NCBI RefSeq assembly: GCF_006345805.1
Contig: NC_043024.1
Coordinates: 17,918,001 to 17,982,000, forward strand
DNA length: 64,000 nt
From: Octopus sinensis
Lineage: Eukaryota
Direction of reading: 5' to 3'
The position numbers were made by a program, and so were the translations under genes. Below are positions 53,129 through 64,000 of this stretch, one piece after another. Position 1 is the stretch's first letter; each line of letters begins with the position of its first letter. A model generated the notes under the pieces. That model did not search any database. It saw nothing but the letters and a program-made list of their open reading frames with translations, and was not told the DNA's origin.

Positions 53129-54679
53129 ATTATGCACTTTTCAAATAATGGTAATATAAAAGACCATGCCAAAACTGACCTTGCCTGTGCTGATGCCATG
53201 TAAAAAGAACTCAGCCCAGTATATGGAGTGGTTCGTGTTAGGAAGGGCATCCAGCTGTAAAAACCCTGCCAAAACAAACACAGAAGCTTGGTGCTAGCTC
53301 CTGCCTAGCCAGTACCTGTCAAACCATCCCACCCATGCCAGCATGGAAGGCTGGGTTGGTTTGGATGGGTTGGCTAAATGACGATGATATAAGTAATTCT
53401 TCTTAATTGCCTTATATGGCCCATTTCTCGAAAGCGCTTACCCATGCCTAGTTTATAAGAAGACAGTGAGATGGCAGAGTTGTTAGTGCACAAGACAACA
53501 TGTTTAGTAGCAGTTCTTCCAGATTTGCAGTCAAGTTCAATTGCTGCCAAGGTAAACTTCTCCTTTCATCATTTCAAGGGTCTACAGTTGCATACTGGGG
53601 TTGATATAATCAACAGATTTCTTCCTCCTAATGTTGCTGCCCTTGTGTCAAAAATTAGGAGGAATTACCTATGTTATATCAGCAGCAGCAGCATTAAATC
53701 CATGCTGGCATGGGTTAGACAGTTTGACAAGAGCTGGCCAGGCAGAAGCCTGCACCAGGCAGTTAGCTGGCAGAAACATTAGCATGCCGGGTGAAATGCT
53801 TAGCGGTATTTTGTTTGCCGCTACGTTCTGAGTTCAAATTCCGCTATGGTTGACTTTGCCTTTCATCCTTTCGGAGTTGATTAAACAAGTACTAGTTATG
53901 CACTGGGGTCGATATAATCGATATAATCCGTTTGTCTGTCCTTGTTTGTCCCCTCTGTGCGTAGCCCTTTGTGGGCAGTAAAAAAATAAGAAGCCTGCAC
54001 CACACTTCTGTGTCTGTTTTGGCATGGCTTTTACAGCTGGATTCCCTTCCTGATGCAAAACGCCCAGCAGGGTGGACAGAGAGTTTTTTACATGGCACAA
54101 GCACTGACAAGGTCAGTTTTATCATAGCTTTTAAATCTGGATTACCTTCCTAACGCCAACCACCGAGCAGAGTGGACAGAGAGCTTTTTACGATGCACAA
54201 GCACTGGTGAGGTCAGTTTTGGCATGGTCTTTTATATTACCATTATGCAGAAATCTGGGTTGGTGCATCTGTGAAGCTGCAGTTTTTTCCACCAATCACG
54301 TAAGAGAAGCCGCTACTCTCAGCTTTGACTCAATACTTCCTGTTACTGTTTCTGTTTTTTAATTGTTTCTCTTTAAAAACACATTATTTTCTATCTATTA
54401 CTTGTTTCAGTTATTGGACTACAACCATGCTGGAGCACTGCTTTGAAGTGTCAAGCAAATCAACTCCAGTATTTATTGTCTAAGTTTGGTATTTTATTGA
54501 TTTCATTGCCGAACTGCTAAGTTACAGGGATACAAACAAACCAAAACAGGTTATCAAACAAAAAAACACACACATACACATGCATAATACATACATACAT
54601 ACATACGTACACACACATACACATGCATGTGTGTATGTGTGTGTACGTATGTATGTATGTATGTATGTATATATATATA

Positions 54680-54767
<88 letters not shown>

Positions 54768-54769
54768 TA

Positions 54770-55466
54770 CGAATGGATGAGGAGAGATGTGTGAAATGCC
54801 ACTCCCAAACAGTTGAAGGAATTCGGGGTAGAGGTAGACCCAGGAAGACATGGGATGAGGTGGTCAAGCAAGACCTTCGAACATTGGGCCTCACAGAGGC
54901 AATGACGAAAGACCAAGATCTCTGGAGATATGCTGTGACTGCGAAGACTCGACAAATTACGTGAGTTCATGGCTGTTTCCTGCACCAGCTTCACATAGCA
55001 GTCCCAGCCCATCCAAAGTACCTTGGATTGCAGGATGGCCTGCTGTGCTTACCTTGGATCTTAGGGCGACCTGCTGTGCTTGAAGAGACCTATTGAGTCA
55101 AGTACATCAACATCAAAATATAAATCAAATGGAAATTGTAGTTGTGACACCTGTGCCAGTGGCACGTAAAAAGCACCATCTGAATGTGGCCAATGCCAGC
55201 GCCACTTTGACTGGCTTCCATGCTGGTGGCACGTAAAAAGTACCAACCAATCGTGGCTGTGGCAGCCTGCCCTGGCACCTGTGCAGGTGGCACGTAAAAA
55301 AGCACCCACTACACTCACGGAGTAGTTGGCGTTAGAAAGGGCATTCAGCTGTAGAAACACTGCCAGATCAGACTGGAGCCTGGTGCAGCCACCTGGCTTC
55401 CCAGATCCTGGTCGAACCATCCAACCCATGCTAGCATGGAAAACAGACGTTAAACGATGATGATGA
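54770..55466 (+). mobile_element. 5'-truncated RTE: ORF end plus full family C 3' UTR
   Basis: VEGIRGRGRPRKTWDEVVKQDLRTLGL..DLWRYAV* followed by family C and (GAT)n. Confidence 0.88.
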
Positions 55467-56630
55467 TATATATATATATTCAAGGTATTGATGAAGCTAT
55501 AAGGCATTATTCAGACACTCGACTATGAGTCCACTGCATCTTATAGCAGAAACAACCTGTGAGCTAATGAACTTCATAAGATAATCGTTTATTACGTTAT
55601 CTTCTCATTTTCTTTTACATATGTTTGTGTGTGTGTATAACAGGCTTCCACACAGTCTCTCTGTCTACCAAATTCAGTTACACGGCAATTGTCACCACAA
55701 CACTGTACTTGCCCAAGGTGGTATGCAGTGAGACTGAACCCAAAGCTATGTGATTGCCAAGTGAGCTTCTTAACCATGTAGCCATACCTACCCATAGTTG
55801 ACATTTAGTGGAAATCTCTTTTTATCATCATCTGGGGACACAGCTATTTTGACTGGCTATATTTGGTTGATAACATTAAGCAAATGAAGATTTTAGGAGC
55901 CTCTAGAGTTTCATAACAGTAACTAGTTGATAACATTATCTATGATTAAAAGTGGTTTCCACTGTGTGTGTAGGTATGTGTGTGTAATTAATACATTGGA
56001 ATAATTAAGGTGGTGACCTAACAGGATCATAAGAACACTGTGCAAAATGCTTAGCGGTTTTTTTGTCCGTCTTCACATTTTGAGATCAAATCCAGCCAAG
56101 GTCAATTTTGCCTTCTATCCTTTCAGGGTCAATAAAATGAGTACCAGTGAGACACTGGGGTTGATGAAATCAACTTAGACAGCCTTCTCTGAAAATTGCT
56201 GGCCTTGTGCCAAAATTCGACACCAGTGTTTTGAAATAAATGCTTACTTGCTATAGAATATATGCTCTGAATTTAAGAGTTAAATTCCAATAATTATGTA
56301 TTTTTATAAATTAATTACCTAATTAAATGGATAACAATGTTTGAATTTCAACCATGGTAACAGTTACAGAGCTTACAATGAAATTCTTTTATTCTTTTAA
56401 TTGTTTCAGTCATTTGACTGCAGCCATGCTGGAGCACCACCGTTAGTTGAGCAAATCGACCCCAAAGCTTATTCTTTGTAAGCCTAGTACTTATTCTATC
56501 GGTCGTTTTTGCCAAACTGCTAAGTTATGAGAGACGTAAACACACCATCGGTTGTTAAGCAATGTTGGTGGGGGGGGAGCAAACACAGACACACAAACAT
56601 ATACACACACATACATATATATACATACAT

Positions 56631-56679
<49 letters not shown>

Positions 56680-57732
56680 TATATATATATACGACAGGCT
56701 TCTTCCAGTTTCTGTTGACCAAATCCACTCACAAGGCTTTGGTCGGTCTGATTGCCCAAGGTACCATGCAGTGGGACTGAACCCAAGACCAAGTAGTTGA
56801 TAAGCAAGCTGCTTACAACACAGCCATCTTACTAATTCTTTTTATTATTATTATTATCATTATTATTCAGTACATATATATATATATTTATAAATAAGGA
56901 TAATATCGATATTTAAATATCGATCTTATCAAGTGGCCAGCATGGGAATAAATATTTATAATAATTATTTATAATAATTATTTATAATAATTATTTATGA
57001 TGTGCTTCTTTCAGTTTCTGTCAACCAAATCCTCTCTCAAGGCTTTGGTTGGCATGAGACTATAGTAAAAAAAACACTTGCTCAAGGTGCCCCTCAGTGG
57101 GATGGAACCCAGAAACACGTGCTTGGGAAGCAAGCCTCTTACCACACAGCCACACCTAGTTTAAATTTAATCTTTTTATTAAATTTATTATTAATGATTT
57201 TTCATATTTCTTTATAACTTTTAACATTTACTTGGTTCCCAAATTCATTCCCCGCTTAATGTTTCAAAACCATTTCTGCTAGTCTCATCATCAGAATGAA
57301 ATGATGATTTTATTGACATGTTGCCTGAAACACTTTGCAGTAGGCCTCAAAGGCTCATAGGAATATAACTATAACTGATAAGATCAACAATGGCACTTAT
57401 TTATGTTTGTGTATGTAATGAATAATCTTCCTAAAACTACATCCACCAGTCTATTTATAGCCAGTGATATTATATTTCATTTGCTTTCAAAAGATATAAA
57501 TTTCTGCTCTTATTCCAAGATATATATATTTCAAGGACATTCTAATGTCCTTCCTTCTCTGCTGTCTTCAACTCTTAGAATTCGCAGGTTTGGATAAACA
57601 AACAACACTCCAGCTTGTCTATCTAATTTATTAATTCCTTCACCTCTGACACCCAAAAATCGATTGCTCAAAGAGAACCGCACATGCAGTAACAGATCGA
57701 TGGAAATAGGAATAAAGATGGATGGATGGGTG

Positions 57733-58000
57733 GAAGAACAGTTAGTTTTTGGGTGGAAGGATGATGAATGAATGGATGGATGGATGGGTGGGTGGACTGA
57801 TGGGTGGCGGGAAGAACAATTGGGGGTTGGGTGGACGGATGCTGAATGGATGGATGTTTGGACTGATGGGTGGCTGGAAGAACAATTGGGGGTCAAGTGG
57901 ACGGATGATGGACGGGTGGATGGGTGGATGGACTGATGGGTGGCAGGAAGAACAATTGGGGATCAGGTTGATAGATGATGAATGGATGGATGGGTCATTG
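57733..58000. repeat. G-rich minisatellite, 66-78-bp units starting GAAGAACA (4 copies)
   Basis: Unit starts at 57733, 57811, 57877, 57947. Confidence 0.85.
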
Positions 58001-59368
58001 CGTGGATGAATGGAACCATGAATGAATGGGTGGACAGATAATTAGGTGTTTGGGCCACATATTGTTAACATTGATACTTACAGAATAGATGAACAGATAA
58101 ATGGCTGGAGAGATACCTCGATAATGGATAGAGAAATAATGATAATAATAATAATCCTTTCTATTATAGGCACAAGGCCTGAACTTTTGGGGGAGGGCAC
58201 TAGTCAATTACATCGACCCCAGTGTTTCACTGGTACATAATTTATCGACTCCAAAAAAAATGAAAGGCAAAGTTGAACTTGGTGAAATTTGAACTCAAAA
58301 TGTAGACAGGTGAAAATTCATTAAGCATTTTTCCCAGCATGTTAATGATTCTGTCAGCTCACCTGCTTAATAACAATAATAATAAAGTTCATCTGTCATC
58401 ATTGATGATGACCAGAACATCACATGGGAGAAGATGGGTCATGGTGCATCCAGGTGTGGTTGGTCAGGGCAGTGCATGCTCAGACGGTTCTGCCACAGGT
58501 CAGGCACTAGTGGTCAGCTGGGAATGAAGGCAAGGAATTGGCTCTGGATTTACGCAACTCACGTTTTTTTTTGTGCTCCTGCGATCCCATTATGTTTGTA
58601 TGTAGAGAGGTAGTGAGAGAAGAGAGAGATTGTGTGTACGTGTGAGAAAGAGAGAGAGAGAGAGAAAGGAAAATGACAAGGGTCGAAACTTATGGTTAAT
58701 AAGCCATGGAAAGAGAACAGATACCAAACGAGAGCCACATTGGTTGGAAGCAAAAGCCTGGGTCTCTCAGCAAGTTGTGCCACTGCATTAACCTTTCAGC
58801 TGTTTCACTGTCTCTCAAACAGCACTCCTCTCTCTCCCTCTTTCCCCCTCTCTCTCTTTCTGTTTCTTTCTCTCTCTCATATACATTTTCCTTTTACCCC
58901 TTTCTTTAATAGTTTCAGTCATTTGACTGCGGCCATACTGGAGCACCGGCTTAATTTTTGCTGATTGTGTCATTTGCAAGAAGAGACTCAATAGATTGCA
59001 GTGTAGTAGCTGCTCTACTAAGCACATCACTCCGAAAGGCAAGTCAAGTCATATATGCAAGTGATGTATATATGTATATAATGAAGGGAAATCAGGATTA
59101 AATAACTCCACAAGAATACTTCAGTAACCATTCTGTGTATATTAATGCACATGTGCACACACATAATTGTATAAAGCAATATGAAAAGGTTGGTTAATAA
59201 GCCCTGCCAGAAAAACCATGTTATGGTGAAAATAACAGAAGAATTGTTTTGGAAGAATATCCAGCCAATATATATATAGATAAATACAAATTGTTGCTAT
59301 TATGTTAAACTGTTGTATGTCCGAATTTGGCCAGATGCTTTTTCAACGTTTATTTTTGCTTGCAATAG

Positions 59369-59442
59369 CTGGTTCTTTTGGTCAAACTATCATATCTCCA
59401 GCTGCTTCAGATGCCAAGATATCAGAAATTACCAAAGTGTAG
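59369..59442 (+). CDS. Candidate terminal exon GSFGQTIISPAASDAKISEITKV*
   Basis: tttatttttgcttgcaatag acceptor, phase 1, TAG at 59440-59442. Confidence 0.28.
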
Positions 59443-59479
59443 TACAACACTCTTGCTATGGAATACTCTTGTTTCAGTC

Positions 59480-59666
59480 ATTTGACTGTGGCCATGCTGG
59501 AGCACAGCCTTTAGTGGAACAAATCGACCTCAGGACTTATTCTTTGTAAGCCTAATACTTATTCAATCAGTCTCTCTTTGCTGAACCGCTAAGTTACGAG
59601 GATGTAAACACACCAGCATTGGTTGTCAAGTGATGTTGGGGAGAACAAACACAGACACAAACATAT

Positions 59667-59697
<31 letters not shown>

Positions 59698-59698
59698 C

Positions 59699-59744
<46 letters not shown>

Positions 59745-59830
59745 TATACATATATATACATATATATATATATTTTTATATAATATATATATATATATAT
59801 AATATATTATATATATATTATATATAATAT

Positions 59831-59920
<90 letters not shown>

Positions 59921-59943
59921 AATATATATATATAATATATATA

Positions 59944-60008
<65 letters not shown>

Positions 60009-60195
60009 ATATATTATATATATATATATATATATATGACAGGCTTCTTTCAGATTCTGTCTGCCAATTCCACTCACAAGACTATGGTCAGCCCAAAGCT
60101 ATATTAGAAGACACTTGCCCAAGATGCCACACAATGGGACTGAACCCAGAACCACGTGGTTCATAAGCAAGCTACTTACCACACAGCCACTCCTA
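59480..60195 (-). mobile_element. SINE A with ~360-bp internal (TA)n expansion
   Basis: Both SINE halves flank the 59680-60040 AT tract. Confidence 0.85.
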
Positions 60196-60726
60196 ATGGT
60201 GAAACTATTTTTTCCTTTTTCTGAAAAAGCAACGTTTTGGACTTGCGACACTTTTGCATAATAGCAACGAAATATGTGCTTGTGTGTGTGTGTGTGCATA
60301 ATTGGAAAAACACAGTGATGTTGAGTTTGGAGAAATATTGGTTGACAGCCAGAATCAACATGACCAACACTCGCCAAAATCATAAAAACAAAATCAGTTA
60401 TACTTCTTTAATTCTCTGTCTTCTTTACTTCATCTTCGTTTTTATTTCCTTCTCCACTTCTTCCTTTCTTCTTACATCTCGCATCTTTTGTTTGCTTTTC
60501 TCATCTGTGTATAGGTTGTGTGTGTGTGTGTGTGTGTGTGTGTATGCATGCATGTGTGCGTAACATATCTGATGGTTAGTGAGGATGTTAACATCTAAAG
60601 AGGTGTGTTATTATCTGTAAGTCTTAGTTCGTTTGCGGTGTGCATGCACTCACATGTGTGCATGTATATGCATACATTGTGTGTGTGTGTGTGTGCAAGT
60701 GTGTTTTAGTGTATTATGTCTATATA

Positions 60727-61110
60727 GGCGTAGGAGTGGCTGTGTGGTAAGTAGCTTGCTTATGAACCACATGGTTAGTGGTTCAGTCCCACTGTGTTGC
60801 TCCTTGGGCAAGTGTTTTCTACTATAGCCTCGGGCCGACCAAAGCCTTGTGAGTGGATTTGGTAGGCGGAAACTGAATGAAGCCTGTCGTATATATGTAT
60901 ATATATGTGTATGTTTGTCCCCCCAACATCGCTTGACAACCGATGCTGATGTGTTTACCTCCCCTTAATTTAGCGGTTTGGCAAAAGAGACCGATAGAAT
61001 AAGTACTAGGCTTACAAAGAATAAGTCCTGGGGTTGATTTGCTCGACTAAAGGTGGTGCTCCAGCATGGCCACAGTCAAATGACTGAAACAAGTAAAAGA
61101 GAGAGAGCGT
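60727..61110 (+). mobile_element. SINE family A
   Basis: Full-length match. Confidence 0.9.
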
Positions 61111-63822
61111 ATATGAAATCTGATCTCTGACACGGCTGCATGGTTAAGTTCATGATACAACCATTGTTCCCATATCTAAACACATTTCACTGTATCTTAA
61201 GCAAGTATCTTCTCCCACAGTCCAGGCTCAACCAATACCTTGCGAGTGTAACTCACATAGCTATGATGATGCCATGGAAGAAGTCATTTGAGTTGCTAGA
61301 AATAACAGCCTATTCTTCAAAGTACACCTTACCCCTTAAATGACAGAAGAGGATAAACTGGATAATGTGATGTCTGATATACAAATGATAGTTTAGTCAT
61401 GGAGGGAACCTATTTAATCAAGAGTCTGTTGCTTTAGAGCAAGCGTGTGGCTAAATAACTACATTATAACTGAAGAGAAAGCCACAATATGGTCACTTGA
61501 GTTGCTAGAAATAACAGTCAAACCTCCCTCAAATCACAAAGAAAGATAAATGGATACAAAGTAGGCATAAACATGTTTGATTGTTTCAATATGGCTGTGC
61601 TAATGACTGAGACTCAATGTGGCCACTTGACCAGCCAGCTATAAATAATAACCTAATTCACCTTAAGAACATTACTCACATCTATGTATGAAGGTCTGCA
61701 AAGCCATGGGCTTCAGAACAATCCAATAAGAATGAAAACCAACAGAGGAACAAGTAAAAGAAAACTGTTATAATTCTTGAAAAATGATGAAAAAATTATT
61801 TATGGGTCAAACAGCTGTTTGTTAATCTTAAAATACAGGTAAAACAGTTGTTAAAATTCTTCAAGGACAGGTGAAGGACAGGTAACATAGCTGTCGAGAT
61901 TTTTGAAAACAGGGGAAATAAATGCTAAAATTCTTTAAGTGGGTGTGAAGAGCAGGTGAAGGAGCTGTCATGGTTCTTGAAATTGTATATCAATCAAAGT
62001 CTGAGAAATGTAAGAAGGATACAGAGGATAAATGGTCTGACTTTGTCTCATTAGTTATAGGTATTAGTTGAAGAATTCCAAACCAAAAGATTACTTTACA
62101 TCATCAAGAATTTAACTGTTCCTTGGGGACAAGAATGGTATTGGAATTGGTAACAACAACCAATCAATATTTGTGATAGATTTTTCTACAATTTGAAGAA
62201 CAATCGAATAAAAAGGATTTGTTTTTTAATAAAAGTTGAAGACAATAATAGTTATGCCATGTGTAAGATAGAATTTCATTGGAATATAACAGGAAAGAAA
62301 CAAAGCAAAAAAAAATTGAAAAAGAACACAGAAAAAGCCCCTTGATGTATTGAGGAGAAAAAAAGGGAGGTTGTAGATAATAAAATTGTGAAGAAATTGT
62401 CTGAAAATAAGATAGGATGACCAACTTTGGAATGCCTTTAATTATAAATCTATTTGATCAGAGCTGACTGGGGGCTAAGCATCAACAAAAATTTCATGGT
62501 TGGAAGGAGACTTATTCAGCCGTAAAAGACAAACATTGGTTCCAATAAATAAACCAGGGAAACCAACTATAAAACTAAACAGTTTTAAAATTAATCAATT
62601 AATTATTTAATTAATTCTGCTCCAGATAGTCTCTTTTATCATCTCCTCTCACTTGCAGGATCTTCCCAAGTGACGATCTATGACCTTTCAGAAACTGTAG
62701 TCAAATTTCCCTGAAATCTTATTCTAAGTTCATTAATATCGAGATATGTGTTTCTGAAATACAAAAACGATAGGATGGTCATGGCTGGAGCAACTTTGAT
62801 CACACATGTTCCCATGCCTGATCCTTTTACCTCCTATGGAGAGTGGTAGGATCTTAGGTATGATCTTCTGGTCACTAGTCTGGTCCCTCTGTTACAACTG
62901 TAAAGTAGATTTGGTAGATGGAATCTGAAAGATGCCCATCGTGTGTGTGCGTGTGTGTGTGTGTGTTTGCCCTCCACCACCACCACCTCTTGATGACCAG
63001 TCAAGCAGTCTGGTAAAAGAGATCAATAGAATAATTACCAGACTTAAAAAAATAAAAATAAATAACTACTGAGATCAATTCATTCAATAAAATTCTTCAA
63101 GATAGTGCCCCAGCATGGCCGCAGTCTAAGGACTGAAACATAAAAAACAGAAGATAACAGATAAATGGTTCACCAATACTTGACCGATTCTACCAGTTCC
63201 ATCATCCTTCTAAATTATGATTGGTTAATAAAGCAAATTCTTTGTATTTCTTCATTTTTTCCTTTTGTTTTATTTGTGTACTTTTATTTAATTCTTTATA
63301 AATAATAATTTTATTCTAAAAGACATTGTTTTATCACCATTAATTCTTGTTCTATCGTTAGAAGCAATTAGTTATTTATTCGTTTAATATAAATTGACTT
63401 CTTAGACTTTTACCATAAGATTTATGCCATTTTTTTTTCTTTGCTCATCTCTTTTTTCCCCCTATTTTTGGAATTTTAATTATTAATGTAGTTCAGTTAA
63501 TTTTTTTTTACATCTTTTTCTTGTTATTGGTTAAAGTTAATAGCTTTTTAATTAGCTTGTTAACGTGTCCTCTTAATTGTTCTGACCTTGGAGATAATGG
63601 TTGTTGTACTACTGGGAACAACAGTGTTGACATTTCTATGTATCTACGTGTGTGTGTTGACATTTCTATGTATACATGCATTTATGTATGTATACATGCA
63701 TTTATGCATGTAAGTATGTACTTATGTAAGTATGTAAGGATTTATGCATGCATGTATGTATAAAATGGTTCGATGGATGCATGCATGTATGTACATATAG
63801 ATGTATATTGAAGTACAACATA

Positions 63823-64000
63823 TCATCATCGTTTAACGTCCGCTTTCCATGCTAGCATGGGTTGGACGGTTCAGCTGGGGTCTGGGAAGCCAGAAGGCTG
63901 CACCAGGCCCAGTCCGATCTGGCAGTGTTTCTACAGCCAGATGCCCTTCCTAACGCCAACCACTTCATGAGTGTAGTGGGTGCTTTTTACATGCCACCGG
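63823..64000 (-). mobile_element. RTE 3' tail repeat (family C), runs off window
   Basis: Family C consensus. Confidence 0.85.

Noticed and set aside
53442-53447. 6-nt microexon pattern TAG|GCATGG|GTAAGC (minus)
   Set aside because: Pyrimidine tract overlaps an antisense SINE head; expected by chance
60348-60368. VGHVDSG on minus strand, like the EF1A/HBS1 P-loop start
   Set aside because: Lacks the essential KST; no usable donor and no further homology
219-63763. Long ORFs rich in YI, CV, HT, poly-I/N/L/M or RE repeats
   Set aside because: They are translations of (TA)n, (TG)n, triplet and (GA)n microsatellites, not genes

Overview
AT-rich eukaryotic DNA packed with microsatellites. Its repeat families strongly suggest an Octopus genome (inference from recognised SINE and LINE types). 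It reads as long intron or intergenic sequence, with no complete host gene, rRNA, true tRNA or CRISPR array. Nearly all ORFs in the supplied track are microsatellite artefacts. Real content includes many tRNA-headed SINEs and a decayed RTE LINE (31.5-34.2 kb, minus) that keeps its 5' end but lacks its 3' end. There are also many 5'-truncated RTE tails, two REL-endonuclease LINE ends, and piggyBac-type, fold-back and Helitron-type MITEs. The best-supported hidden signal is a set of Penelope-like short elements carrying minimal type I hammerhead ribozyme motifs. Two are intact and show compensatory stem changes, and one lies in a perfect 161-bp-arm palindrome. Weaker signals are a candidate recursive splice site, a candidate microexon and a few possible small host exons. 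Repeat boundaries were judged by eye and are approximate unless stated otherwise.
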